In this document: positions 18,372 to 28,390 of the stretch, one piece after another
How the letters are laid out: the number at the start of each line of letters is the position of its first letter
Numbering within the stretch: the first letter of the stretch is position 1
From: Collinsella aerofaciens
Lineage (GTDB): Bacteria > Actinomycetota > Coriobacteriia > Coriobacteriales > Coriobacteriaceae
Direction: 5' to 3'
Length of the DNA: 64,000 nucleotides
Assembly: GCA_021639365.1 (NCBI GenBank)
Contig: JAJXHK010000006.1
Coordinates: forward strand, 5,797 to 69,796
Program-made: the position numbers and the translations under genes
The notes under the pieces: model-generated
The model's database searches: none
What the model was told of the DNA's origin: nothing
What the model saw: the letters and a program-made list of their open reading frames with translations, nothing else

Positions 18372-19505
18372 ATGGCAACACTCTCCGAACAAGAACGTAA
18401 GCGCATCCAGCGATACTGCATCTGCCCCAAGGTTGCCGGCGCGGCGCTTGCCATGGCATTCGTGCTGCCCTTATCGATCATACCTTTCGAAATGATCGAC
18501 GACATCGTCTTCCATCACGAAGGCTTCCATGAGACGGGCATGATGACCGCCTTGGTGCTCACCGCCATCGAGCTCGTCATATTCTGTTATTGCGCTCTCG
18601 CCCCGCGCTTTGGCATGCGTGGCAAGCAGTGGAAGGAAATGCAGTATCGGCTCGCCGTCGAGCAGAGCGAGAAAGACCGCTCGACACAGATCGCGGGCGT
18701 TGTTGGCACGCAGGCCGCCGCACGCCTGCTCAAGAACAGCGACAACGAGGCTGCACGCAACCTGGGCGGCGCGGCAGAAGTCGCCGCTGCCGCAGGCGCC
18801 GTCGCCACCGCGGCAGACGTGCTTGCCGAGAGCTTTGCCAACGCGAAGGCCATGGCAGAGGCCTGTGGCGTGCCCATCCCCCATGCAAAAAAGTGGATCG
18901 TCGCGCTTGTGGCGCTGCCCCTCGCAATCGTGTGCGGCGCCTATATCCCACAGCTGGCGCAGGGAAACATCGAGATGCAAGAAAACGCCGCAGCCGCGGC
19001 CGAGCAGATCGCCATCGCTCGCAAGGCGCTCGAGTCCTCATGCGAGTACGTATCCGCCGATGACCCCTACGAGCGATATCAAGACTACGGCTATCACGTC
19101 CGCGGCTATCTGCACGACGGCGGCTCCGATGCCCAGAAGACCTATACGTACCTGGATTTTGACAACAAGGGAACGCTCACGGAAGTGAGCTACGCGGCAG
19201 AAGTCGACCCCGGCGCGAGCCTCGAGGACAACCTTACCCGTATCGAGCTCGACCTTGACGAGCTTTCCTCTGCCGTCCAAACCATAGACGTCAAGACCAC
19301 AAGCCCCGAGCTCCTAGCAGCGCAGAAGCTCCCCGAAGAGTTTAGGCAGGCTTTTTTGAACGGCTCGCTCTACGAGAGAATCTCTATCAGGACGAGTGAC
19401 GACCCCATTAAAGCGTATTACTCGTTTGATACGGATCCTAAGGACGAGTTTGACGAGTACACCCATCCAACCATCCGCATTACGCTGATGAGCAAAACGA
19501 ACTAG
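18372..19505 (+). CDS. Hypothetical membrane protein
   Basis: 377-aa ORF with about three hydrophobic helices and an acidic C-terminal domain. RBS AAGGA. Confidence 0.75.
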   Translation: MATLSEQERKRIQRYCICPKVAGAALAMAFVLPLSIIPFEMIDDIVFHHEGFHETGMMTALVLTAIELVIFCYCALAPRFGMRGKQWKEMQYRLAVEQSEKDRSTQIAGVVGTQAAARLLKNSDNEAARNLGGAAEVAAAAGAVATAADVLAESFANAKAMAEACGVPIPHAKKWIVALVALPLAIVCGAYIPQLAQGNIEMQENAAAAAEQIAIARKALESSCEYVSADDPYERYQDYGYHVRGYLHDGGSDAQKTYTYLDFDNKGTLTEVSYAAEVDPGASLEDNLTRIELDLDELSSAVQTIDVKTTSPELLAAQKLPEEFRQAFLNGSLYERISIRTSDDPIKAYYSFDTDPKDEFDEYTHPTIRITLMSKTN

Positions 19506-19518
19506 GTGTAGGGAGATG

Positions 19519-19550
19519 AATGTGACAAAGGACTGTCCCTTTGTCACATT
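19519..19550. repeat. Family C palindrome (one G deleted)
   Basis: AATGTGACAAAGGACTGTCCCTTTGTCACATT; overlaps the stop codon of the ABC gene. Confidence 0.88.
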
Positions 19551-22500
19551 ATTCGGAGCGCAGGGCTTCTACGGGGTCTTTTTTGGATGCGCTGCGAGCA
19601 GGCAGCAGGCCGGCGACGACCGTCAGCACCACCGAGATCGCGATGAGCACCAGTGCATCTTGCACGGGAAGGCTCATCAGGTTGGGTACTTGCTTGGTCG
19701 CAAGAGCCCAAGCATTGACCGGGAAGCTCACGAGCACCACGACAACGATGGCAAAAACACCAGCGATAAGACCTTCGATAAAGGTCTCGGCATTGAACAC
19801 GTTTGCCACGTTGCGCTTCGATGCACCGATCGCGCGCAGGATGCCGATCTCCTTTTTGCGCTCCAGCACGCTGATGTAGGTGATGATACCGATCATGATG
19901 GAGCTCACGACCAGGCTGATGCTCACGAATGCAATAAGCACCAGGCTGATAGTGTTTACGATATCGGTCACCGAGCCCATGATGATGCCCATGTAGTCGG
20001 TATACGAGATGGCCTGTTCATCGTGCCCGGCAGCCTTAACCTGCTCGTTGTACGCATCGATATGGTCGAGCACGCGTTCCTTGGCCTCAAAGTCGCGCGG
20101 GAAGATTTTGACCGAGATGGGGTCGGCCTCATCGGCGTAACCCAACGTGGTCAGGTTGTTGTCGTAGGTGAGCTGCGACGCCTTGGCATAGCTCATCATG
20201 AGCGAGCTCAGGTCCTCGGCATCCATGTTGAAGTGAATGGCATTGGCAAAGGCGCTGGCGTCCACACGCATGGCGCTTGCCAAGTTGGCGAAGCTCGAAG
20301 ACATCTGAGTGGCCATCTGGGCCATGAGTCCCGCCGCGCCCGCTTTGAGCTGTGACGACACGGTCGTCGCGATCTGGTCGCTAATTGTCTTCATTACCTG
20401 GTCCATAGCCTGCTGCAAGTAAGGAGCCAGCTGCTTTTGCACGTAATCGGTCATGGCTTGCTGCAGGCGCTCGGCAAGAGCGTCGCCACCCAGCGCCTTG
20501 AGCTGGGCCAAGCACTGCTGCGCCGCGGTATCGTTTTCGAGATATGCCGAGAACGCGGAGGCGAGCTTCGATGCGTCCTTAAGGTCCTCGGGTGTCAGGG
20601 CCTTAAACTGCTCCGACTGCATAAAGCCCGTGAACAGCTGGTTGGCAAGCGCGCCCACCTGCTGCATTTGCTCGGGTGTGAGTTCCAGACCGTCAAAGAT
20701 GCCCGAGAAATCTGGGGTTGGCGCTTTGGCCATGATGTCGCTGAAGTCGATGTCCTTACCAACGCCCGAAAGGTCAATGTCCAGCCCGGATAAGTCGATA
20801 CCCGACAAGTCCATACCGCCAGCCGCACCCGAGAGTGCAGACGTATCGAACGAGAACGCGCTCTTGAGCGCCGCCTCGTCCACACTGAACATGCTGCCCA
20901 GATCCACGCCCTGTTTTGCCTCGCCCTGCAGTTCATCGAAAGACTTGCCCGTAAAGACATCCGTCTCGGGATGGGCAAGTTGCTCTTGCACAATCTGCGA
21001 ATCGGCGGCACGCTCCATAAGCTGGCGAGTCAGTGCATGCGTATAGGCAATGCCCGGAGACAATGCACTCGCATTGGCCGTCTCGTTAGGTCGTACCACG
21101 CCCACAATACGCACGTCAATGCCGTCGGCAACCTTGGCCGTCATAAAGTCGGCGTCGCCAGACATGTCAGTCCACATGCCGGTCTCTTCGTTTTTGCGAT
21201 ACGCATCGACCGGCGACAGCACCTTAAACGTCGTGGACAGCGCATCGTCGTAGGTAAAGTCGGTACCGGTCTCGGGCGCTTCGACACCACCGTCAGCCGT
21301 CATAGCGCTGTTAACCAGATTGTTAAGCTCATCGATATCCAACGCACCGATGCTATAGAGCGTGTAATCGCCCACCGTTCCACGGCTCGAAAGCACCATC
21401 ACGGCTTCGTTAGCAGACGTAGGCCAATGCCCCGCCATGACATCGTACTGGCTGTCGAGCAAGCTCTGGTCGTCGATCATCTCGTTAAAGACCGAGGTCC
21501 CCATGGACTCCATGCTCACCGTCGCCGCCGAACTCGCGCCGCCGCTCATGGCCTCGGTCATAGCGTTGGGAACAAGTCGAACGGGCTTCTCGTCACCCTT
21601 ACCCGCACGATAGACAACCGGCGCCACACCATAGCCGTACTGGATGGCATTGACCTCTTTATCGATGCCGTCGCCACCGGCATCGAGCCATGCCTTAAAG
21701 CTCGTCATGTCGTTGGACTTAACGCTCGCAAACATATCCTTTACGGCCGTGACCACAGGGATCTTATCGGTCCCCTGGGCCTTGCCGTCGGCACCGTCGT
21801 CGGACGAACCCTCGTTCTTGGACGCATCGTCGTCCGTGGCCCCCTCTCCGCCCATCATGGACGACAGGTCGTAATCCTGCTTGGAAATGGTGAGCGGATA
21901 GCTCGAAAGCGTATCCTCCTCGACCTTTTTGATGTAGTCGTTTACGCCGTTGGACAGCGCCAGAATCGCCGCGATACCGATAATGCCAATCGAGCCCGCA
22001 AAGGCCGTCATGGCCGTGCGACCCTTTTTGGTCATGAGGTTTCGGGCAGAAAGCCCCAGCGCTGTCACAAAGCTCATCGAGGTTTTGCGCGTAGGCTTAG
22101 CCTCGCGACGTGCGGCCTTTACAACATCAAAGGGGTCGGAATCGTCGGTGATCTTGCCGTCCGCCAAGTTGACGATGCGCGTGGCGTACTGGTACGCCAA
22201 CTCAGGATTGTGCGTGACCATGATGACCAGACGGTCGCGCGCAACGTCCTTGAGCAGATCCATGACCTGTACGGATGTCGTTGAATCCAAAGCACCGGTC
22301 GGCTCGTCAGCCAGCACAATCTCAGGATCGTTGATCAGGGCACGGGCAATAGCCACGCGCTGCATCTGTCCGCCCGATAGCTGGCTCGGGCGCTTGTTCA
22401 CATGCTCGCCCAGGCCAACTGCCTCAAGCGCCTCGCGCGCACGCTGACGACGCTCGGCATGGCCCACACCCGTAAGCGTAAGCGCCAGCTCCACGTTTTC

Positions 22501-22803
22501 CAAGATAGTCTGGTGCGGAATGAGGTTATAGCTCTGGAAGACGAAGCCGATGCGGTTGTTTCGGTAGGCGTCCCAATCGCAATCGCGGAAGTCCTTGGTC
22601 GAAATGCCGTCGATGAGCAGATCACCCGAGTCAAAGTGGTCGAGTCCGCCAATAACGTTGAGCATCGTAGTTTTACCCGAGCCCGAGGGACCCAGAATGG
22701 CCACGAACTCGTTATCGCGAAAAGACAGGCTTACGTTGTCGAGCGCCACCTGCGTAAACGACTGCGTAGTGTACCTTTTGCAAATTCCTTTGAGCTCCAG
22801 CAT
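19549..22803 (-). CDS. Fused ABC exporter ATPase/FtsX-type permease (MacB-like)
   Basis: Walker A GPSGSGKT, LSGGQMQR, Walker B LADEPTG, VTH; C-terminal ERKKEIGILRAIGA...DPVEALRSE. Confidence 0.92.
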   Translation of the reverse strand: MLELKGICKRYTTQSFTQVALDNVSLSFRDNEFVAILGPSGSGKTTMLNVIGGLDHFDSGDLLIDGISTKDFRDCDWDAYRNNRIGFVFQSYNLIPHQTILENVELALTLTGVGHAERRQRAREALEAVGLGEHVNKRPSQLSGGQMQRVAIARALINDPEIVLADEPTGALDSTTSVQVMDLLKDVARDRLVIMVTHNPELAYQYATRIVNLADGKITDDSDPFDVVKAARREAKPTRKTSMSFVTALGLSARNLMTKKGRTAMTAFAGSIGIIGIAAILALSNGVNDYIKKVEEDTLSSYPLTISKQDYDLSSMMGGEGATDDDASKNEGSSDDGADGKAQGTDKIPVVTAVKDMFASVKSNDMTSFKAWLDAGGDGIDKEVNAIQYGYGVAPVVYRAGKGDEKPVRLVPNAMTEAMSGGASSAATVSMESMGTSVFNEMIDDQSLLDSQYDVMAGHWPTSANEAVMVLSSRGTVGDYTLYSIGALDIDELNNLVNSAMTADGGVEAPETGTDFTYDDALSTTFKVLSPVDAYRKNEETGMWTDMSGDADFMTAKVADGIDVRIVGVVRPNETANASALSPGIAYTHALTRQLMERAADSQIVQEQLAHPETDVFTGKSFDELQGEAKQGVDLGSMFSVDEAALKSAFSFDTSALSGAAGGMDLSGIDLSGLDIDLSGVGKDIDFSDIMAKAPTPDFSGIFDGLELTPEQMQQVGALANQLFTGFMQSEQFKALTPEDLKDASKLASAFSAYLENDTAAQQCLAQLKALGGDALAERLQQAMTDYVQKQLAPYLQQAMDQVMKTISDQIATTVSSQLKAGAAGLMAQMATQMSSSFANLASAMRVDASAFANAIHFNMDAEDLSSLMMSYAKASQLTYDNNLTTLGYADEADPISVKIFPRDFEAKERVLDHIDAYNEQVKAAGHDEQAISYTDYMGIIMGSVTDIVNTISLVLIAFVSISLVVSSIMIGIITYISVLERKKEIGILRAIGASKRNVANVFNAETFIEGLIAGVFAIVVVVLVSFPVNAWALATKQVPNLMSLPVQDALVLIAISVVLTVVAGLLPARSASKKDPVEALRSE

Positions 22804-22983
22804 GGACGGCAACCTCTCCCGCGCAGGCACCCTGCCCGCTCTCCCCCGCCGTTCGTATTCGACGCGTTTGTCCTACTCTATCCCCATTTTTTGCCGGCAC
22901 CAGTGAGGAATGTAACGAAGCACGCCAAAAAACGAACGGGATGGCACGCCACGTGGCGCACCATCCCGCACATAACATCGACG

Positions 22984-23014
22984 ATGTGACAAAGGGACTG
23001 TCCCTTTGTCACAT
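22984..23014. repeat. Family C palindrome
   Basis: ATGTGACAAAGGGAC-T-GTCCCTTTGTCACAT. Confidence 0.88.
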
Positions 23015-23020
23015 TCGGAC

Positions 23021-23983
23021 TTACTGCTCGCTCTTAGCAAGCGCCTGATCGATCAGCTTGTTGAGCGCCTCTCGTTGCTCAGCGGAGTTGATGCCGCCCA
23101 TGATTGGCTCTCCAACGATGTTGCCGTTCTGGTCGATCACGTAGGTGGTCGGGAACGAGTACAAGTTGGAGGTGAACTTGCCGGCCTCGCTATCCGACTT
23201 GAACCAGATGTTCTTGTACGTCACGCCCTTCTTGGAAAGTACGTCCTTGGCGTCTGCCACCTCGTCTTTGTTGCCATCGAGCGTAAAGGAATTAACGCCC
23301 ACGACCTGACCGCCCTTTGCGGCGAGCTCTTTGTTGAGCTCTTCCAGATCGCCCAGCTCGCCCACGCAGGGCTTGCAGGTGGTAAACCAAAAGTTCATGA
23401 CGGTCACCTTGTTTTTGGAGAACAGCTCGTCGCTGCTTACATCGTTGCCGTCCAGGTCTTTGCCCTTAAAGCTGGGGAACTTCGTCTCCCCGCTCTCGCC
23501 GTTGGTCATGCCTGCGGTCGAGGCATCGACGCTCTCCCCCTCGCCGGGCGTGCTGCCGCATCCGGGAAACTCCTTCTCCAGCGCCATGAGCTTATCCTCG
23601 ATCTCCTTGACCTGCTGCGCGCCGACCTTAAGCGTCTTGAGCTCGTCAGCCGCAAACTGATCCTTGGCGCCCTCGATGGTATCGAGCAAAAAGTCGCCGT
23701 AGTTCTTGCCGTCCTCAATCATGGGAGTGTCTTTGTTGGCCGCAAGGAACACCTTTTCCCATAGGGCGTTATCGCTCGCAAAGATCTCGTTTTCCTTTTG
23801 CAGCAGCTGCTGGTACAGCTCGGCCGCCTCCTCGGCGCTCGACGGCTTTTGTGCCACAAGCTCGGCAATCTGCGCATCGCCGCTCGTGGCATCCTTCGCG
23901 TCGCCCTTGGGGGCAGAGCACGCCGCGAGAGTCAACGCCAGCACGGGCAGCATCAACAGGGCCGCAATTTTCGACAGTTTCAT
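23021..23983 (-). CDS. TlpA-family thiol-disulfide oxidoreductase lipoprotein
   Basis: Lipobox LAAC; NFWFTTCKPCVGE; FPTTYVID. Confidence 0.88.
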   Translation of the reverse strand: MKLSKIAALLMLPVLALTLAACSAPKGDAKDATSGDAQIAELVAQKPSSAEEAAELYQQLLQKENEIFASDNALWEKVFLAANKDTPMIEDGKNYGDFLLDTIEGAKDQFAADELKTLKVGAQQVKEIEDKLMALEKEFPGCGSTPGEGESVDASTAGMTNGESGETKFPSFKGKDLDGNDVSSDELFSKNKVTVMNFWFTTCKPCVGELGDLEELNKELAAKGGQVVGVNSFTLDGNKDEVADAKDVLSKKGVTYKNIWFKSDSEAGKFTSNLYSFPTTYVIDQNGNIVGEPIMGGINSAEQREALNKLIDQALAKSEQ

Positions 23984-24016
23984 GGTTCCTCCGTTGTATC
24001 GAAGCTTAATAGGTAC

Positions 24017-24928
24017 CTATTTGTTTTCGCAGTCCTGCGCGGACTGCGCGGTCTTGTCGCCCGTCACGCCCAGCCCGTAGCGAAAGCTAATGGCATCGAC
24101 GGGGCACGCACCCACGCATTTGCCGCAACGAATGCACTCGGCATGGTCGGGCGTACGCGTAACGTCCACGTCCATCAGACACACCTTGGCGCACTTGCCG
24201 CACGAAACGCATTTGCACTGGTCAACCTGAATCCCCAACAACGACACCTTGTTCATGAGCGCATAAAACGCACCGAGGGGGCAAATCCATTTGCAGAAGG
24301 GGCGGTAGAACAACACGCTCAGCACCGCAACCGCAATGAGAATCGCGAGCTTCCAGGTAAAGAGCTTTCCCAGCGCGGAGCGGATTCCCGTATTCATGAT
24401 GGACAGCGGAATCGCACCCTCGAGCACGCCCTGTGGGCAGATGTACTTGCAAAAGAACGGGTCGCCCATGCCCACATCGTTGACCACCAAGACAGGCAGC
24501 AGCACCACGGCAAACAGCAGCACGGCATACTTGATGTACGTGAGCGGCTTGAGCTTTTTCGTTGATAGCTTTTTGCCGGGAATCTTGTGTAGAAGTTCCT
24601 GCAGCCATCCAAACGGGCACAAAAAGCCGCATACAAAACGCCCCAACAGCACGCCGATCAGAATGAGCGTTCCGGTGACGTAATACGAAAAGCTAAACTT
24701 AGACGAGCCCACCACCGACTGAAACGAGCCGATGGGACACGCACCCGAAGCCGCCGGACACGAGTAGCAGTTGAGTCCCGGCACACAGACGGCCTTGCCC
24801 GCCCCTTGGTAAATGCCTCCCTTGGCAAAATTGGGCAGATGAATATTGGTCGCAAGCGTCGCCGCCGCCTGAATGAATCCACGAAATCGGGCCAAAACAT
24901 GCGACGCAGTGTTTTCTCTTTTATCCAA
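24017..24928 (-). CDS. Membrane 4Fe-4S binding protein (NapH/MauN-like)
   Basis: CVPGLNCYSCP..ACPIG, CGFLCPFG, FCKYICP, FCKWICP and two CxxCxxC ferredoxin motifs. TTG start overlaps the upstream small gene. Confidence 0.85.
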   Translation of the reverse strand: MDKRENTASHVLARFRGFIQAAATLATNIHLPNFAKGGIYQGAGKAVCVPGLNCYSCPAASGACPIGSFQSVVGSSKFSFSYYVTGTLILIGVLLGRFVCGFLCPFGWLQELLHKIPGKKLSTKKLKPLTYIKYAVLLFAVVLLPVLVVNDVGMGDPFFCKYICPQGVLEGAIPLSIMNTGIRSALGKLFTWKLAILIAVAVLSVLFYRPFCKWICPLGAFYALMNKVSLLGIQVDQCKCVSCGKCAKVCLMDVDVTRTPDHAECIRCGKCVGACPVDAISFRYGLGVTGDKTAQSAQDCENK

Positions 24929-25067
24929 TTCCGATACACTCCAAGCACAGCCTAATCGCTTTGGCCAGCACGGCATCCGCCTCGCCACGCATAACGCCAA
25001 AGCACACCATGGCAATTCCGACGATCAACAAAGCGACCTGTACCACGGGTTTTACCGCTTTGAACAA
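24921..25067 (-). CDS. Small CXXC membrane peptide (CD1871A-like family), about 48 aa
   Basis: RBS AAAGGAG, then TTG-FKAVKPVVQVALLIVGIAMVCFGVMRGEADAVLAKAIRLCLECIGIG*. Confidence 0.8.
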   Translation of the reverse strand: MFKAVKPVVQVALLIVGIAMVCFGVMRGEADAVLAKAIRLCLECIGIG

Positions 25068-25157
25068 CCTGACCACTCCTTTCGTTACGCGACCATTGGA
25101 CCATATCGACCATAAAATCCGTGTTAAGCGCGATTTGGAATGTGCAAGGAGCCTGTT

Positions 25158-25832
25158 ATGCATATTTTGATCGTCGAAGACGAGCGAGCACTGTGCGACA
25201 CGATCGCACGCAGCTTGCGAAACCTGGCATACAGCGTCGACTGTTGCCATGATGGGCAGGAGGCACTCGACCTGCTGGGCGTCGAAGTCTTTGACCTCGT
25301 GGTGCTCGACCTCAATCTTCCCCGTATCGACGGCATGACCGTGCTCAGGGAACTTAGGAAAACCGACTGCGAGACCAAGGTACTGATTCTGTCCGCGCGT
25401 GGCGAAGTATCCGATAAAGTCGCCGGACTCGATGCCGGCGCCAACGATTACCTTACCAAGCCGTTTCATCTGGACGAGCTTGCGGCAAGGATCCGCAGCC
25501 TTACCCTCAGGCGTTTCGCACAAAGCGACATAGTATTAACCTGCGGAAAGCTCTGCTTTGACACCAAGGCGCGCATCGCCTCCGTGGACAGTGAGGCTCT
25601 ATCTCTTACACGCAAGGAAACGGGAATCCTGGAATACCTGATGCTTAATCAGGGGCGACCGGTAAGCCAAGAGGAACTTATCGAACACGTCTGGGATAGC
25701 ACCGTGAACAGCTTTAGCAACGCAACCCGCGTTCACATCTCGTCGCTCCGAAAAAAGTTGCGCAGCGCTTTGGGATACGACCCGATTCGCAATCGAATTG
25801 GAGAGGGCTACGTTATGGAGGATGGCGAATGA
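25158..25832 (+). CDS. OmpR-family response regulator
   Basis: ILIVEDE, LDLNLP, GANDYLTKPF and a C-terminal winged helix. Confidence 0.93.
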   Translation: MHILIVEDERALCDTIARSLRNLAYSVDCCHDGQEALDLLGVEVFDLVVLDLNLPRIDGMTVLRELRKTDCETKVLILSARGEVSDKVAGLDAGANDYLTKPFHLDELAARIRSLTLRRFAQSDIVLTCGKLCFDTKARIASVDSEALSLTRKETGILEYLMLNQGRPVSQEELIEHVWDSTVNSFSNATRVHISSLRKKLRSALGYDPIRNRIGEGYVMEDGE

Positions 25833-26980
25833 AAAGGCTTCCGCTGCAATGGCGCATAACGATCATGACGGCACTGCTGACGTGCGCGGCGTGCGTGCTA
25901 ACGAACTGCTTGGTCGGCTATACGGGCATGCGCTACATGGATGCCATCGGCAGCGACATCTCGGCCTTTAACGCTGCCGGCGTGGATTCGCCCCAGGCGT
26001 TTGACCCAACAAAAACAGCCCTCGATGACGAGGTCACGATCGTCGTAAACGACGCACAGGATTCTTTTGGCGCGACGGCTTGGTGCATCACGGCTGGAGT
26101 CACGCTACTTGGCGGCGTGCTGGCATACTTTGTAAGCGGCCACGCGCTCAAACCTCTGCGGGCTTTTGCCGCTCAGGTAGAGCGCGTGCAGCCTGACAAC
26201 CTAAGCGAAATCAGACTCAGCGAAGATGTGCCCGCCGAGCTACAACGATGCAGTGCATCTTTCAACGACATGATTGCCCGTCTTGGCGAAGGATTCTCTG
26301 CACAGCGTCAGTTTACCGGCAACGCCGCACACGAGCTGCGCACCCCGCTCGCCCTTATGCAAGCGCAGATTGAACTGTTTGTCTCCGAGCACCCCACATC
26401 GCAACCTCAAACAGCCGAGCTGCTCGGCCTGCTACAAGAACAAACCGAGCGGATGTCGCGGATGACCAAGGTGCTGCTTGAGATGAGTGAGCTCCGCAGC
26501 GTTCCCTGCGAGGACGATGTTGAACTTGGCCCCCTGTCCGAAGAAGTCCTCACCGACCTCACTCCGCTTGCCGAGCATAAAGACATCGTCCTCAATTGCA
26601 GTGGAGGCGCTTTGATAATCGGAAGCGACACGCTCCTCTATCGGCTGATGTTTAACCTGGTCGAAAATGCCATCCGTTACAGCCGCCCTGGCTCGACTGT
26701 CAACGTCTCCGTCTGCGACAACGACAGCCACGTGTTCCTACGAGTTGAGGATCAGGGCCCGGGAATACCCAAGCAGTACCGTGAGAGCATCTTCCAGCCG
26801 TTCTTTCGCCTGGATAAATCCCGCAGCAGGGCATACGGCGGCGCAGGACTCGGGCTAGCGCTTGTTTGGGAGATTGCAGCGCTGCACGGCGGCGCTGTAG
26901 AGGTCGAAGCAAGTTCCGAGAACGGGACCACCATGCTCGTAAGTCTTCCAAAACGATCTGCAGCGTTAACCAATCAGTAA
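25829..26980 (+). CDS. Sensor histidine kinase (HAMP)
   Basis: Two TMs, AAHELRTPL, NLVENAIRY, DQGPG, GAGLGL. ATGA overlap with the regulator. Confidence 0.93.
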   Translation: MKRLPLQWRITIMTALLTCAACVLTNCLVGYTGMRYMDAIGSDISAFNAAGVDSPQAFDPTKTALDDEVTIVVNDAQDSFGATAWCITAGVTLLGGVLAYFVSGHALKPLRAFAAQVERVQPDNLSEIRLSEDVPAELQRCSASFNDMIARLGEGFSAQRQFTGNAAHELRTPLALMQAQIELFVSEHPTSQPQTAELLGLLQEQTERMSRMTKVLLEMSELRSVPCEDDVELGPLSEEVLTDLTPLAEHKDIVLNCSGGALIIGSDTLLYRLMFNLVENAIRYSRPGSTVNVSVCDNDSHVFLRVEDQGPGIPKQYRESIFQPFFRLDKSRSRAYGGAGLGLALVWEIAALHGGAVEVEASSENGTTMLVSLPKRSAALTNQ

Positions 26981-26986
26981 AACGAA

Positions 26987-27018
26987 AGGGGTCCCGCACG
27001 CGTTTGTGCGGGACCCCC
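26987..27018. terminator. GC-rich hairpin terminator
   Basis: GGGGTCCCGCAC...GTGCGGGACCCC after the kinase stop and after the guaA remnant on the opposite strand. Confidence 0.65.
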
Positions 27019-27054
27019 TCCCTGTCAATGCAATTCGCCCAAAAGAGTAGAAGC

Positions 27055-27126
27055 TTACTCCCACTCCACCGTGCCGACGGGCTTCGGCGTGAGGTCGTAG
27101 CACACGCGGCAGATGCCGGGGACCTC
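27055..27126 (-). pseudogene. guaA: Isolated 3' end of GMP synthase (att-like remnant)
   Basis: Reverse strand reads EVPGICRVCYDLTPKPVGTVEWE*, the conserved GuaA C-terminus. An in-frame stop lies just upstream at 27130-27132. Confidence 0.85.
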
Positions 27127-27229
27127 CCTTTATACGTTCGGCATAATCGTAGGCGATACCCACAAATTCCAGTCCCGAGCAGCAGGAGTACAATTTCTGC
27201 TATTGTTGCCAGCTGTTGGGAGATGGAAG

Positions 27230-28234
27230 ATGGACTGCGATGGCTACCCACGCGTTCCCATGCCGTTGATGTGCACCGCCTTTGTGCCGGGGCAGATTGA
27301 CGCTGCGGTTGCAGGCATTTCCGACCCCGATTCGCGCACCATCGCCACGGCAGAAGCGCTGTACTTTCGCGGACAGGCCACCCTCGCTGCCAAGACGGCG
27401 CGCCCCTATCTTGACGCCACCAATCCCGCGCTGCGCTATTCCGCATGCTTTATCTGCGGATACGCCAGTCTATCGCTCAACCGTATCGCCGACGCCCGCC
27501 GGTGCCTTGCTGGCATCCTCGATACGCCGGCCGACGAGGAATCGCCCGCCGTCCACGCCACGCATATCCTGTTCGCCTCGGCCGCGAGCGTCCTGCTGCA
27601 CTTGCCTTCCCCGTATTCCGCCGAAGAGTTTTATCCGCTGGCGGCGCATCTGCCCGAAGGCCTGCGCCTGTTCGCCAGCTACGTGATGGCGCATGCCCTG
27701 TACCTGCGCGGCGAATATGGCCGCAGCCTGGGCATGGCGGAAAACGCCCTGATCATGAAACAGGGAAGTTATCCCATCTCGGAACTGTTCCTGCACCTGG
27801 CAGCTTCCATGGCATGCATGAGCCTCAAGGACATCGACGCCGCAAAAACGCACTTCGGAGCTGCTTGGAACATTGCGCGCCCCGACGGCCTCATCGAGCT
27901 CATCGGCGAGCACCACGGCCTTTTACAGGGGCTCATCGAGGCGTGCCTAAAAACGCAATACCCTGACGACTTCGCGCACATCATCGAGATCACATACCGC
28001 TTCAGCTACGGCTGGCGGCGCATCCACAACCCCGATTCGGGCGAGGACGTGGCTGACGACCTGACGACTACAGAGTTCACCATGGCCATGCTCGCCTGCC
28101 GCGGATGGACCAACGCCGAAATCGCACGCCATATGGGAGTATCGCCGGGCACTGTCAAAAACCGCCTATCCAGTGTGTATGCAAAGCTTGGCATCGGCAC
28201 GCGCACCGAACTGGTCGCGCATATGCTGCGTTAG
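27230..28234 (+). CDS. LuxR C-terminal HTH transcriptional regulator (TPR-like body)
   Basis: LTTTEFTMAMLACRGWTNAEIARHMGVSPGTVKNRLSSVYAKLGI. Start uncertain. Confidence 0.82.
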   Translation: MDCDGYPRVPMPLMCTAFVPGQIDAAVAGISDPDSRTIATAEALYFRGQATLAAKTARPYLDATNPALRYSACFICGYASLSLNRIADARRCLAGILDTPADEESPAVHATHILFASAASVLLHLPSPYSAEEFYPLAAHLPEGLRLFASYVMAHALYLRGEYGRSLGMAENALIMKQGSYPISELFLHLAASMACMSLKDIDAAKTHFGAAWNIARPDGLIELIGEHHGLLQGLIEACLKTQYPDDFAHIIEITYRFSYGWRRIHNPDSGEDVADDLTTTEFTMAMLACRGWTNAEIARHMGVSPGTVKNRLSSVYAKLGIGTRTELVAHMLR

Positions 28235-28390
28235 CGGCCAGACTGCCTAGCGCAGCATGCGCGCTCCGGAGCCCCGGCGCTTCACTCGCTCAAATTGGAC
28301 ATTTTGGCCCCCGGACGGCACTACCGCCACGGGGCGCCTTCTCGCAAAATTGGATTATTTCCACCGATATTTGCGGGATGGGAGCCCAAG

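Noticed and set aside
25091..25113. GACCAT x3 as an OmpR-type binding site
   Set aside because: Spacing of 8-9 nt does not fit the usual 10-11 nt periodicity.
24921..25523. 200-aa minus-strand ORF
   Set aside because: Mostly antisense to the response regulator; only the last 48 codons or so have an RBS and look real.
27113..27229. Extended N-terminus of the LuxR regulator
   Set aside because: The ATG lies inside the antisense guaA remnant with no RBS; a later start is more plausible.
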